Origin: Chloroflexota bacterium
GTDB taxonomy: Bacteria; Chloroflexota; UBA11872
Reading direction: 5' to 3'
Length of the DNA: 64,000 nucleotides
Assembly: GCA_026708035.1 (NCBI GenBank)
Contig: JAPOVQ010000006.1
Span: 123,554 to 187,553 of the forward strand
Shown: in pieces, positions 43,545 through 53,679 of the stretch
How the letters are laid out: each line of letters starts with the position of its first letter
How positions within the stretch are numbered: the first letter of the stretch is position 1
Notes under the pieces: model-generated
Database searches by the model: none
What the model saw: the letters and a program-made list of their open reading frames with translations, nothing else
What the model was told of the DNA's origin: nothing
Made by a program: the position numbers and the translations under genes

Positions 43545-43877
43545 CTACGCGTCGTCCGCGGCTCCGGTGGCCACTGAGTCCTCCGACTTGATCGCGCGGA
43601 ACACCGCCAGCAGGTTCCGCCGCCGCGCCACGGCGTAGGCCACGAACGCCACGAACATCAGCACCACCAGCGCACCGAACAGAGCGAACGCGGCGGCCAG
43701 TGCGTACCAGAGCACCGACCAGAACACCACCAGCAGCACCAGGCCGATCACCAGCAGCAGCGCCGGGCCCAGCACGGCGAACCGCACCCAGCCCTTGACG
43801 GTGTGCGGACGCAACCGGTCGAGCAGGCGGCGACGCCAGCCTGGCGACTGCGCGGAGTCCGGGAATGCGGTCGTCAC
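43545..43877 (-). CDS. small membrane protein (two TM helices), hypothetical
   Basis: 110-aa ORF abutting mnmG. Strongly hydrophobic core. No homolog recognised. Confidence 0.4.
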   Translation of the reverse strand: MTTAFPDSAQSPGWRRRLLDRLRPHTVKGWVRFAVLGPALLLVIGLVLLVVFWSVLWYALAAAFALFGALVVLMFVAFVAYAVARRRNLLAVFRAIKSEDSVATGAADDA

Positions 43878-43878
43878 G

Positions 43879-45936
43879 TCAGGTCGCCACTTCGACAGGG
43901 GCTCGCCGCGGCTTGGGCGTTCTCATGGACTCTATCCGTCGAGTCGCCGGTTGGGTCGCTCTGGTCGACCCGCCGTCGCCCGACTCCACGTCCGCGCACC
44001 GCTTGAGATGCACCAGCAGCACGGCAATGTCCGACGGTGTAACGCCCTCGACGCGCGCCGCCTGGCCCACCGTGGCCGGCTGGAACTTCTCGAGCCGCAG
44101 CCGCGCCTCCGTGCGCATGCCGTGGATGTCCGGATAGCCGATCGTCGCCGGGATGCGCGCCTGCTCCATCTCGCGCGCCCGCGCGACCTGCGCGGTCTGT
44201 TGCCGCACGTAGCCGGCATAGCCGATGTCGAACTCCACCGCCGCGGCGGCGGCCGGCGAGACCGACGGACCGCCGCCCGCCAGCTCGACGCTGAGGTCCA
44301 GGGTGACGCCGGGACGGCGGAGGAACTCGGCGGCGGGCAGCGTTTGGGTCACCGGCGGCAGGCCGAGCTGCCGCAGCCGCTCCGCGACGGCCGGCGTCGC
44401 GGGAACGCGGGCGTCCGCGATCCAGGCCTTGGCCCGCTCAATCTCGTCCCGCGTCCGACGCAGCCGGCGGACCCGAGCCTCGCCGGCCAGGCCGACGCGA
44501 TGGCCAATCTCGGTGAGCCGCATGTCGGCGCTGTCGTGGCGCAGCAACAGGCGGTACTCGGCGCGCGAGGTGTGCAGGCGGTACGGCTCGGTGAGGTCTC
44601 GGCTCACGAGATCGTCAATCATCACGCCGATATAGGCCTGGTCGCGGCCCAGGACCAGCGGCTCGGCGTCTTGGATGCTCCGCACGGCATTGATCCCCGC
44701 CATGAGGCCCTGGGCCGCCGCCTCCTCATAGCCCGTCGTGCCGTTGATCTGCCCGGCGAGGAAGAGACCGGCGGCGCGCTGGGTCTCCAATGTGCGCGTG
44801 AGTTGGAAGGGGCGGACGAAGTCGTACTCCACCGCGTAGCCCAGGCGGATCACCCCGGCGTCGCGCATCGCCGGCACGCTGCGAATCATCTCGATCTGGA
44901 TTTCGGCGGGAAGGCTCGTGTTCGCGCCCTGCACGTAGACCTCGGGCGTGGCGAAGCCTTCCGGCTCGAGAAACAGGGTGTGCGCGGGCTTGTCCGCGAA
45001 GCGCACGACCTTGTCCTCGATGGAAGGGCAGTAGCGCGGACCGGGGACCGTGATCGCGCCGTTGAACATGGGCGCGCGGTGCAGGTTCGCGCGGATCACC
45101 GCGTGCGTGCGCTCGTTGGTGGCGACCCGATAGCAGGGCATCTGCACCCGCCATCCTTGTTCCGGCACGTGGGGGTAGGCGGCGTGCCGCGGCTCCGCGA
45201 GCCGCTCGTCGACGGGTACGGGATCGAAGCTGAAGTGCAGCGGGTCGGTGGATCCCTGCTGGACCTCGGCGCGTGAGAAGTCGATCGTGCGTGCGTCCAC
45301 GCGCGGCGGCGTGCCGGTCTTGAGTCGACCCAGATCGAACCCATGGCGCGCCAGATCGTCCGCCAGGGCCGTTGCCGGCGCCTCGTCCGCGCGACCGCCG
45401 GGCGTCGACTCGTCGCCCCGGATCAGCCGCCCTTTGAGGAACGTGCCCGTGGTGACAACCACCGCTCGGGCCGTGTAGGCGCGGCCGTCCGCGGTGCGAA
45501 CGCCGACGACCCGCCGGCGTCGCTCGCCACTCCCCGAGACCTCGCGCCAGATTAGGCGCTCCACTTCGCCCTCGACCAGGTCGAGACCGGGTTGGCGCTC
45601 GACCACCTGCCGCATGGCGATGCCATAGAGCCGCTTGTCGGATTGCGCCCGCAGCGCGCGCACCGCCGGTCCCTTGCCGGTGTTCAGCTCCCGGATCTGG
45701 ATGAGGGTGCGGTCGGTGTTGCGGCCCATCTCGCCGCCCAGCGCGTCGATCTCGCGCACCAGGTTGCCCTTGGCGGGACCGCCAATGGATGGATTGCACG
45801 GCATCAGCGCCACGCTGGACGTGCCCAGGGTGAGCATCAGGGTGCGGGCGCCCATGCGGGCGGCGGCCAGCGCGGCCTCACAGCCCGCATGGCCCGCGCC
45901 GACCACGATGACGTCGTAGTTCGCGGCGGATGCCAT
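43879..45936 (-). CDS. mnmG: tRNA uridine-5-carboxymethylaminomethyl(34) synthesis enzyme MnmG (GidA)
   Basis: FAD motif DVIVVGAGHAGCEAA and a MnmG-like sequence along its whole length. Confidence 0.9.
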   Translation of the reverse strand: MASAANYDVIVVGAGHAGCEAALAAARMGARTLMLTLGTSSVALMPCNPSIGGPAKGNLVREIDALGGEMGRNTDRTLIQIRELNTGKGPAVRALRAQSDKRLYGIAMRQVVERQPGLDLVEGEVERLIWREVSGSGERRRRVVGVRTADGRAYTARAVVVTTGTFLKGRLIRGDESTPGGRADEAPATALADDLARHGFDLGRLKTGTPPRVDARTIDFSRAEVQQGSTDPLHFSFDPVPVDERLAEPRHAAYPHVPEQGWRVQMPCYRVATNERTHAVIRANLHRAPMFNGAITVPGPRYCPSIEDKVVRFADKPAHTLFLEPEGFATPEVYVQGANTSLPAEIQIEMIRSVPAMRDAGVIRLGYAVEYDFVRPFQLTRTLETQRAAGLFLAGQINGTTGYEEAAAQGLMAGINAVRSIQDAEPLVLGRDQAYIGVMIDDLVSRDLTEPYRLHTSRAEYRLLLRHDSADMRLTEIGHRVGLAGEARVRRLRRTRDEIERAKAWIADARVPATPAVAERLRQLGLPPVTQTLPAAEFLRRPGVTLDLSVELAGGGPSVSPAAAAAVEFDIGYAGYVRQQTAQVARAREMEQARIPATIGYPDIHGMRTEARLRLEKFQPATVGQAARVEGVTPSDIAVLLVHLKRCADVESGDGGSTRATQPATRRIESMRTPKPRRAPVEVAT

Positions 45937-46790
45937 GGTCAGGGGCGGCGCGAGACGGCGCCAGTCCGTCCCGGTCCGAGACGAGGGTCGCGGGCTATAA
46001 TTGGCGTCAACGTTGGCCGGCCGATCGTTCCGTTGGTCGCGCTCCGGAGCCCATTATCGTTACCAGCGGGCCTGACTTCACCACCCAGGTCGTCGATGCG
46101 TTCGTCGTGCCCACCGAAACCGGGGCCGCGTTCTTCGTCGATGCGGACTACGCGGAGTTGGACGCCGCCAACGGGCCGGTGCAATTGGCCATCTACAGCC
46201 CCTATGAGGTGTCGCCGGGCGAGGTCGCGGTGGTTCGCGGGCGTCTGGAGGCAGACCTTTTCAGCTATGCGGCATCGGCGGCCGGCCTGGGACGGTCGTG
46301 GATGCGCCACGCGCTGCTGGCAATCCTCGAGCTCACGATCCTCGGGGTGCTCGTAGCGTTTCTGATTGCCAATCCATCGCGCGTCGCATTCATCGTGGGC
46401 TGGGCGCTGCCCTTTGGGTTCTTCATCGCCACTCGCTCGGCGCTGCACGCGTTCGCGCAGCGTGGCTACGGCGCGCGCGCGCGCCGTCTGATGGAATCCG
46501 GGGCAGTGCTCGCCGAGCCGGCCATTTCGCAGTTTGGCGGCAGCTTGGCCCACGTGCGCGACATTTGGCGCGGGCTGGAGGAAGGCGCGTTTGCCCGCGA
46601 CACGGTGGCGCTTGAGCTCGCCTCCGAGCGGCTGCTGCGCTGGCCCGGAGCCGTCGCGTTCTATCGCTCGCAGCGACATGCGGACGAGCCCTCGCAGCCG
46701 CGGCCGCTGCGAAGTCGGCTGGCGCGCCTGCTCCTCCCCAAACGACCCGTCGCCCCGCTGACGACGCTGGTCGCTCGACCCCGCCCATGA
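45930..46790 (+). CDS. hypothetical membrane protein (soluble beta-rich N-domain plus two TM helices); first gene of four-gene unit
   Basis: Coding-like frame, but the start is doubtful. ATG 45930 overlaps the divergent mnmG start, and a perfect TATAAT lies inside the ORF at 45996-46001. Confidence 0.45.
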   Translation: MPWSGAARDGASPSRSETRVAGYNWRQRWPADRSVGRAPEPIIVTSGPDFTTQVVDAFVVPTETGAAFFVDADYAELDAANGPVQLAIYSPYEVSPGEVAVVRGRLEADLFSYAASAAGLGRSWMRHALLAILELTILGVLVAFLIANPSRVAFIVGWALPFGFFIATRSALHAFAQRGYGARARRLMESGAVLAEPAISQFGGSLAHVRDIWRGLEEGAFARDTVALELASERLLRWPGAVAFYRSQRHADEPSQPRPLRSRLARLLLPKRPVAPLTTLVARPRP

Positions 46791-47566
46791 TGCAACTGGT
46801 GTGCTGGGCAGTCCCTGTGCGCGGCGGTTATGTGCTGCGCGCCGATCAGGCGGCGCGGGCCGCCGTTCTGGCCGCGGATGGGCGCCGTCCCCAATTCGTT
46901 GACTGGGCCGTGGCCATCGTGCATCCCGGGTCTTCGGGCTTCTCCGCCGCGCGCGTCCACCGGCCAACCGTCCTGGCGATCGAATCGGCAATGCGCCGCG
47001 GCGCGCAGACGCGCCCCAACCCCGCCGGACGTTTAGAGCGCCTGCGCCGCTCGTGGACCTCGCTGGCGCTGGGCGCGGCGCTGCTGGTGCTTTCCGGAAC
47101 GCACTGGGTGCTCGCGCTGGCGGGCGCGTGGCTGCTCGCCGGGCGCCCCTGGATGGCGGCGCTGCTGGGCATCGGACCGTCGGATTCACCCGCCACCGCT
47201 TGGACCGCCGCGGACGTGCAGGTCACCGCCGCGCCGCACGCGGGTCTCGGCCAGGTCGCCGACGCGCTCGAGCGCGCGCCTGACGACGCCGGAGGCTACG
47301 GCGAGGCGCTCGCGGCAGCCCAAACGCTGGGGCTCGACGAGGCCGCCGAGGTCTACTCGGCATTGATCAAGCACCCAAACCCAATGGCGCTGCCGGTCGA
47401 GGTCGGCATGTGGACGCCCGCGGCGTCGGTCGAAGATCGAGCGCCGGGCGGCGCACTGCCCGATGTCGCCGAGGCGTCGGACCCGCCGAACGAAGGCACC
47501 GACGCCGTCGCGGAAATCGAGCCCGGTGACGAGGCGTCCGACGATCCAATGGACCGCCTCCCATGA
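46787..47566 (+). CDS. hypothetical membrane protein (two TM helices, acidic C-terminus)
   Basis: ATGA overlap with the upstream stop. GC3-rich frame. Confidence 0.5.
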   Translation: MMQLVCWAVPVRGGYVLRADQAARAAVLAADGRRPQFVDWAVAIVHPGSSGFSAARVHRPTVLAIESAMRRGAQTRPNPAGRLERLRRSWTSLALGAALLVLSGTHWVLALAGAWLLAGRPWMAALLGIGPSDSPATAWTAADVQVTAAPHAGLGQVADALERAPDDAGGYGEALAAAQTLGLDEAAEVYSALIKHPNPMALPVEVGMWTPAASVEDRAPGGALPDVAEASDPPNEGTDAVAEIEPGDEASDDPMDRLP

Positions 47567-48465
47567 TTACGACAGGGGCGCGGAGCCTCGAGATCCCCAT
47601 GGACATCGACCGATTCACGGACAGTCTGCGGGGCAGCAAGTGGCGCGAGATTCGGCAGACGCTGGGCGACACCTACGAGGTGCGCACGCTGTACGAGGGA
47701 CCGCTGCCGGGCCTTCCGCGGGCGCAGGTCGTCCGACTGTCGTCGGGCGATCCCGACAGCCCCATTCGAATCCTGTTCGACGCCGTGCCCCTGAGCCTGT
47801 CGCGGCCGGTGCTGGTCGCCGGGCGCGCGGTGACCCGGGTCTTCACCTCGCGGGCACGCGAACGCGCCGAATTGCTCGATCGCATTGCCGTGCGCATCCA
47901 CGTGATCGAGGTCGACGGCGATGCCGCCGATATCCCGCCGTTGCCGCTGGCGAAAGGACTCGATGGCGGATTGCGTCTGGCGCACAGCGTCGCCAACGAG
48001 CAGGCGTGGAGCGCGTTGCGCGAGTCGGTGCAACGGTTCCGGCCGACCCTCGCCATGGACCTGCGCGATGCCGGGGCCGCGGTCCCCGACGCGAACCTGG
48101 CCCTCGTGGTGCATAGCCTCACGCACGCGGCCGGGGCAACCGACGCCGAGGCGCTCCCGGGAACGACCGAGGGCAGGGCCATTGCCCGAGACGTCAGCAG
48201 GCGCGGTATCTCGCCCTACCGGGGAACGCCGCGCGAGCGCGCGGCGGCCGGATTGCGGCAGTTCGGCCACGGCGCCCTCACGCGCATGAGCCCGCGCGAC
48301 CCTTCGCGATCCGTGGCCAGCCTCGCGACCGATCTCGTCGCAGCCGTCGGGATCACGGCGCTGTCGTTGGGGCTGCGGGAGCTTGACCGAGCGATCGCGT
48401 TGACCGAGGCCGCGGGCGCGGGCGTCGACGAGTCCATCCGCGAGTTTCGCCGCATGGGGGCTTAG
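47563..48465 (+). CDS. hypothetical soluble protein
   Basis: ATGA overlap with the upstream stop. 300 aa. No motif recognised. Confidence 0.5.
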   Translation: MITTGARSLEIPMDIDRFTDSLRGSKWREIRQTLGDTYEVRTLYEGPLPGLPRAQVVRLSSGDPDSPIRILFDAVPLSLSRPVLVAGRAVTRVFTSRARERAELLDRIAVRIHVIEVDGDAADIPPLPLAKGLDGGLRLAHSVANEQAWSALRESVQRFRPTLAMDLRDAGAAVPDANLALVVHSLTHAAGATDAEALPGTTEGRAIARDVSRRGISPYRGTPRERAAAGLRQFGHGALTRMSPRDPSRSVASLATDLVAAVGITALSLGLRELDRAIALTEAAGAGVDESIREFRRMGA

Positions 48466-49980
48466 GTGGCCGGGGAAGGGCGACCAACGCAGACCGCCGG
48501 CCTCGATCCCGTGCGCCACGCCCCCAGCATCCCCGTGGAGTACGCGCCCATTCCGGTGGGTCCCGACGAAACCGAACTGGTGGCGCACGACCGGCACCGC
48601 TTGAACGACGCCCTGGTGCGAGGAATCCCCGTCGCCCGCACCCTTCGGATTGATGAGCTTCCCGACGACGTGGCCACCGTTGCCCGGATCGAGGTCGGCG
48701 CGATTCGCCGCCTGCGGCAGGCGGCGCGGGCGGCCCAGGCGCGCCGCTGGCGAGTCTATGTGGCGGCGGCCGCGCTGCCATTCCTGACCGCCACGCTGCT
48801 GGGCCTCCTGGGCGTGTGGCTGGGCACGGTTCCGATCATCGGCGAGCCGGTCGGCGAATTCGTGGCCACTGCCGGCGGCAACGTGGGAGGGCTGCCGCTC
48901 GCGGCGGTCATTGCGGCGCTGCCGTCGGTGTGGTGGATCCGGCGCGTTCGCCGCGCGGCGCGGGCGGCGCCACAGCCCAACCTGCGCCAGGAGTCGATGG
49001 CAACGAGCGAACTCACCGTCAACGACGACCTGGGACCATTCCTCGCTGACGCGCGCGAGACGATGCGCGACATCGGCGGCATTCTGAGCGGCAACCCGCG
49101 ACCGGGCGGCGAACAGGCGCACCGACTGGCCATCCGATTCGGGGCACTGGCCCGCATCGCGGCGCGGCACGACGTGCCGTCCGTGGTTGCCCTTGCCGCC
49201 GACGCCGGCGAGCAGTTTCGCATCGCGTCACAGCCACCCGCCCGGCTCATCCCCGGCCTGCGCTTGCGGCGCCGTCCGGCCAGCGTCGTCAAGATCCTCG
49301 CCCCTTACATGCAGCGGCGGACATCGCGGGTGCAAGCACGGGCATCGCGCCTCCTGGGAATCGCCAGCGGGCTGGTCGTCGCGGCGGCCGCGTTCTTCGT
49401 CGCCGGTGTGTTCGGCATCCGAGGCGACGAAGCCCTGCTGCTGCGAACCAACGAAGCCATCGTCTTCCCGTCGTCGGGCACCGTGCTCGCGCTCCGGCAT
49501 GGCTTCGACGGTCCCGCGGACTCCGGCACGAGCACGCTCACCGTGGTGCAAGGCCCCGGCATCTTTTGGAGCTGGCCGCGGCCGATCACCGAGCGCCGAC
49601 TGGTGCCGCTCACCAACCGCGCGCTAGAAATCTCAGTGCCCTTCCCCGGCGACCCTCCCGACCAGCATCTGAATGTTGAGTTCCGCTACGAGATCGACGA
49701 CCTGAAGTCATTCGTCGCGACCATGGAGTCCCTCGACGAGATCGACTCGGCGCTGGCCCGGGTGGTATCCGCCGAACTGGCCAGAGGCTTTGCCGAGCGC
49801 TACGAGACGGAGCTGGCGACGCCGAACGCGCTGCCGGCGCCGTTCATCGTGGCCGGCCTCCAAGAGGGCGCCGGCGAATTGCTCGGAAACTTCGTCGAGT
49901 TCACGGAGTTCAGCGACGCCTTCGCGGCGTTTGGCGTAACCCTGCGGCCCGAGCCGTCCCACAGCTTCTCGCGCGACTAG
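48466..49980 (+). CDS. membrane protein with C-terminal SPFH/band-7-like domain (tentative)
   Basis: Start directly follows the upstream stop. Three predicted TM helices, then a region with SPFH-like topology (FGIRGDEALLLRTNEAIVFPSSGTV...TVVQGPGIFWSWP...LARVVSAELARGFAE). Confidence 0.5.
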   Translation: MAGEGRPTQTAGLDPVRHAPSIPVEYAPIPVGPDETELVAHDRHRLNDALVRGIPVARTLRIDELPDDVATVARIEVGAIRRLRQAARAAQARRWRVYVAAAALPFLTATLLGLLGVWLGTVPIIGEPVGEFVATAGGNVGGLPLAAVIAALPSVWWIRRVRRAARAAPQPNLRQESMATSELTVNDDLGPFLADARETMRDIGGILSGNPRPGGEQAHRLAIRFGALARIAARHDVPSVVALAADAGEQFRIASQPPARLIPGLRLRRRPASVVKILAPYMQRRTSRVQARASRLLGIASGLVVAAAAFFVAGVFGIRGDEALLLRTNEAIVFPSSGTVLALRHGFDGPADSGTSTLTVVQGPGIFWSWPRPITERRLVPLTNRALEISVPFPGDPPDQHLNVEFRYEIDDLKSFVATMESLDEIDSALARVVSAELARGFAERYETELATPNALPAPFIVAGLQEGAGELLGNFVEFTEFSDAFAAFGVTLRPEPSHSFSRD

Positions 49981-50031
49981 GCGGCGGCAGCGTGGCCGTC
50001 TCACGGCTCGGCGGCGGGTAATAATTCCCGC

Positions 50032-50739
50032 ATGGCTTCGCTTGGCGAACAGCTTCGGACGGCACGGGAAGCCGCCGCGCTCACCATCGAGGAAGCCGCC
50101 GTCGTCACGCACATCCCGCGCGAGCACTTGGCGGCGCTGGAGTCGGACAACCTGGCGGTGCTCCCCGGACCGCCCTTCAACGCCGGATTCATTCGCATCT
50201 ACGCCGAAGCATTGCAACTGCCGGTCCAGCCGCTGCTCGACCTCTACTTCGCGCAAGCGGGCGAGGTCCCGTCGATCGTCGGCGCCGGTCCGATTCCCGC
50301 CATGCGGCGCGGGCGTCAGCGGCTGCTGGCGTCACTGTTGCTCGTCGTGGCGCTGGGGATCGTCCTGGCCGTTCTGCTGATCACCAACTTTGGCGGACTG
50401 GCCGACGATGGCGGGGCGACGAACGGCCGCGATGCCGTTACGCCGTCGATTGTCGACCGGGGCGCTGTGTTCGAACTGGTCGTGCTAAGCGACACTCAGG
50501 TACGCATCGAGGTCGACGGACGCGCGCTCGTGGACGAGATCCTCGCGACCGGTGAGTCGCGCCAATGGAGCATGGAGCGGGAAACGGTGCTCGACGTCGG
50601 CGCCGGCGACGCGGTGACCATCACCATCAACGGACAGCCGCTCCCGCCGCTCGCCGACCCGGGCGAGCCGGCCCGGCACACCTGGCGAGTGGACATTCCG
50701 GCAGCGCCCACCGCCGCGCCGCGACCCACGAGCAACTGA
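50032..50739 (+). CDS. rodZ: RodZ-like cytoskeleton protein (HTH-XRE, TM, DUF4115)
   Basis: N-terminal HTH (LGEQLRTAREAAALTIEEAAVVTHIP), one TM helix, C-terminal DUF4115-like beta domain. Confidence 0.7.
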   Translation: MASLGEQLRTAREAAALTIEEAAVVTHIPREHLAALESDNLAVLPGPPFNAGFIRIYAEALQLPVQPLLDLYFAQAGEVPSIVGAGPIPAMRRGRQRLLASLLLVVALGIVLAVLLITNFGGLADDGGATNGRDAVTPSIVDRGAVFELVVLSDTQVRIEVDGRALVDEILATGESRQWSMERETVLDVGAGDAVTITINGQPLPPLADPGEPARHTWRVDIPAAPTAAPRPTSN

Positions 50740-50742
50740 CCC

Positions 50743-51336
50743 GTGGCATCCGCTCCCGAGGACGCCCGCGCCGCGCCCAAGCAGTGGCAGACCTATCTGC
50801 CCAACGCCCTCACGATCGCCCGTGTCGCGTCGATCCCGATCATCGTCTGGCTGCTGTTCTGGGACTGGTGGTTCTCGAACCAGATGGCCGGATTCGTGTT
50901 CGCCGCCGCCGGCGCGAGCGACGTCTTCGACGGCACGCTGGCGCGGCGCTATGGCACAGGCTCGCAGCTGGGTATCTTTCTGGATCTGGTTGGCGATAAG
51001 CTGCTGGTCGCCGCCGTGCTCTTCACCATGGTCGAGCTGGGCTGGATGCCGGGCTGGCTGGGCGCCAGCTTCATCGCGCGCGAGTTCGCGGTCATGGGCC
51101 TGCGGGCCTATGCCGGCGCCCAGGGCGTGACCGTCGCCGCCGGCCGCCTGGGCAAGGCCAAGATGATGTGGCAGTACATCGCCTTCAATGCGCTGATGTG
51201 GGAACGCACCGCCCTGCCGTGGTTCCTGGTCGGCGTGGCCCTGCTGCTGACGCTGGCCTCGGGCATTCACTACGCCGTGGGCGTCTGGCGGGGCCTGCGG
51301 GCCCGACCGGCGCCCGATATTCCGGAAGTAATCTAA
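50743..51336 (+). CDS. pgsA: CDP-diacylglycerol--glycerol-3-phosphate 3-phosphatidyltransferase
   Basis: CDP-alcohol phosphatidyltransferase motif DVFDGTLARRYGTGSQLGIFLDLVGD. Four TM helices. Confidence 0.8.
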   Translation: MASAPEDARAAPKQWQTYLPNALTIARVASIPIIVWLLFWDWWFSNQMAGFVFAAAGASDVFDGTLARRYGTGSQLGIFLDLVGDKLLVAAVLFTMVELGWMPGWLGASFIAREFAVMGLRAYAGAQGVTVAAGRLGKAKMMWQYIAFNALMWERTALPWFLVGVALLLTLASGIHYAVGVWRGLRARPAPDIPEVI

Positions 51337-51437
51337 GCCGCAACCCTCAGGTGCGTGGACCGCGGGAGAGCCGTCGCGCCCCGAATCCGGCCGGTTTACC
51401 ATTGGGACCGTCGCGTTTGGAGCACGGATTGGCGCAG

Positions 51438-52418
51438 ATGACGCGCTTGGCGTTGGTCGGCCACGGGCCGGACGACGAGTCCTATGTCCGCATCGCGCCG
51501 CGCGCCGGCGCCGCCGGCATCGCCGCCGTCACCGACGGCGCGCAGGGCGACTCTCACAACGTCGTCGCGGCAGCGATGCTTGCCGAGCTGCTGGACGTGC
51601 ACTCAGACGCGATCGACGCCGTGATTATCCAGACGCCCACCGACGAGCGGGCGAGCCACATCGAGGCGGCGGTGACGGCCGGCAAACATGTGCTGGTTAG
51701 TGGTCCGCTGGGGCGCTCGGCCAGCGAAGCGCGCGAAACGGCCAAAGCCTGCGCCGGCGCCAACGTGGTGCTCATGGCCGGGCAGATCGATCGCTACCGA
51801 CCGGACGTCGGGGCCGTGCGCGCGAGCATGGACGCGGGCCAGATGGGCCGACCCGGTCTCGTGCGGAGCCACCGCTGGCAGCCGCCCACGGACGGCCCCA
51901 CGGCCTGGCGGCTGGACCCAAACCGCAGCGGCGGAATCTTCATCCATGAGCTCACGCGGGATATCGACGTGGCGGCTTGGCTGTTCGACGCCCCGCCCAA
52001 CACCGTCTTCGCAGTCGCGCGTGGTGCAGACCCCGACCGACCGGATGCGGCGGTGGTGCATCTCGGGTTTCCCGACGGCGGGATGGCCGTGCTGGACGTG
52101 ACGACCGGTCTGCCCGAGGGCGAGGGCTATTGGTCGCTGCAACTGATCGGCGCGGACGGCGCCGTGTACGCCGACGACCAGCACAACATGCAGCTGCTCT
52201 ACGCGGGCGGGTCGCCCGCCGCGCGGCTCACCAGCACCGGCGACGCCACGGTCCTCGCCCAGCTTGAGGCATTCGTGGATGCGATCGACAACGGCTTGGA
52301 CCCCGCGGCGAGCATTGAGGACGCAGTCCTCGCCCTCGAAGTCGCCGAAGCCGCCATGGCGTCGGCGGCGTCCGGCCGCGCCGCCACGCGCACTGAGGAC
52401 GGCTATGTCCTCGTCTAG
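51438..52418 (+). CDS. Gfo/Idh/MocA family oxidoreductase
   Basis: N-terminal Rossmann LALVGHG and a GFO_IDH_MocA C-terminal alpha/beta domain. ATG 51438; ORF track start 51168 is an upstream extension. Confidence 0.75.
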   Translation: MTRLALVGHGPDDESYVRIAPRAGAAGIAAVTDGAQGDSHNVVAAAMLAELLDVHSDAIDAVIIQTPTDERASHIEAAVTAGKHVLVSGPLGRSASEARETAKACAGANVVLMAGQIDRYRPDVGAVRASMDAGQMGRPGLVRSHRWQPPTDGPTAWRLDPNRSGGIFIHELTRDIDVAAWLFDAPPNTVFAVARGADPDRPDAAVVHLGFPDGGMAVLDVTTGLPEGEGYWSLQLIGADGAVYADDQHNMQLLYAGGSPAARLTSTGDATVLAQLEAFVDAIDNGLDPAASIEDAVLALEVAEAAMASAASGRAATRTEDGYVLV

Positions 52419-53517
52419 CGCCAACTCGATCTTCCGCGTGGCGGTGCTGAGCGTCGTCAAGCACGACTACGTGCCCCTGGGCCTCATCACGCACCCGCGG
52501 TTCGATCCGGTCGTGGTGGCGGACGACGCCGCGCAGCCGGAATGGGTCCACGAGCGCAACCAGAAGCTGGCCGACGAGCTGAACATTCCCTACGTGCGCG
52601 ACGTGGAGGCGGCGATGCGTGACTACGACGTCCAGGTCGCCTGCGTGAGCCCCGAGGCCGAGCGCCACGCGGACCTCAGCGTGCGGGCCGCCGACGCCGG
52701 GCTGCACGTGGTGCAGGACAAGCCCATGTCGACCCTGGTCTCCGAGTGCGACCGCATCGTGGAGGCCGTGGAGCGCAACGGCGTGAAGTTCCTGATGTGG
52801 AACCGCGACATGCTGCCGGCGATGCTGCTCGCCCGACAGGAGCTGCAAAGCGGCGCCATCGGTGACGTGCGCGCCGTGCACGTCGACTTCTACTTCGCCA
52901 AGGACGCCGGTCCGCGCCGCGGAGAGAGCCCGGCCGGCTCACCCAAGATCGACTGGCTGGAAGCGCTCAAGGCCGCCCACGTGGACGGCTCGGACGGCGG
53001 TGTGGGCCACGCTCCGATGGGCGAGTTGCAAATCGAGGGCATCTATCCGCTGTCGCACATCGGGCTGCTCACGGGCGCGCGCGTCGAGCGCGTGTTCGCC
53101 CGCACGGCGGCCCACTTCCACCAGCGCAACGTGGACCACGGCATCGACGACCTCGCGTCGGTGACGCTGGAGATGGACAACGGGATCGTGGGCACGCTGT
53201 GCATCGGGCGCATCGGACGCGCCAAGCACGACAACGATGGCGAGATCAAGGTCCGCATCCTGGGCACCGCCGGCGCGATGGTCATCGACGAGCCGCGGCC
53301 CGCGGTGCGGGTCTTCTACCGGGGACGGACCGCCGGCGATTCGCCCGCGGCGCGCGTGGGCGGTGACGCCGACTGGCTCCTGATGGAGAATTTCGCCCAA
53401 GCCATCGACACCGACGGCGACACGATTCTCAACGCACGCGTTGGGCGCAACATCGCGGCCACGGTGCAGGCCGCCATCGACTCGGGCCGCACGGGCCGCC
53501 CGGTCGAGGTGACTTAG
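52405..53517 (+). CDS. Gfo/Idh/MocA family oxidoreductase
   Basis: RVAVLSVVKHD...EKP-like motif region (VVQDKPMS). Overlaps the upstream gene by 14 nt. Confidence 0.75.
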   Translation: MSSSSANSIFRVAVLSVVKHDYVPLGLITHPRFDPVVVADDAAQPEWVHERNQKLADELNIPYVRDVEAAMRDYDVQVACVSPEAERHADLSVRAADAGLHVVQDKPMSTLVSECDRIVEAVERNGVKFLMWNRDMLPAMLLARQELQSGAIGDVRAVHVDFYFAKDAGPRRGESPAGSPKIDWLEALKAAHVDGSDGGVGHAPMGELQIEGIYPLSHIGLLTGARVERVFARTAAHFHQRNVDHGIDDLASVTLEMDNGIVGTLCIGRIGRAKHDNDGEIKVRILGTAGAMVIDEPRPAVRVFYRGRTAGDSPAARVGGDADWLLMENFAQAIDTDGDTILNARVGRNIAATVQAAIDSGRTGRPVEVT

Positions 53518-53534
53518 GAGGCTCCTGCCTGAAC

Positions 53535-53559
53535 CCCTTCCCCCTGACAGGGGGAAGGT
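53535..53559 (+). terminator. GC-rich hairpin downstream of 52405-53517 gene (possible intrinsic terminator, no clear U-tract)
   Basis: CCCCTTCCCCCTG-ACA-GGGGGAAGG perfect stem 18 nt after the stop. A second inverted repeat, AATCCGTTCG...CGAACGGATT, lies at about 53589-53632. Confidence 0.35.
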
Positions 53560-53679
53560 TGGGATGGGAGTCAGAAGCCACCGCCCCGCCCAATCCGTTC
53601 GCCCTGAGCTTGTCGAAGGGGTTACCGAACGGATTGGATACCCGGCGTGCCCCGGGGGCTTCACTCGTTTAGAGGTTCA

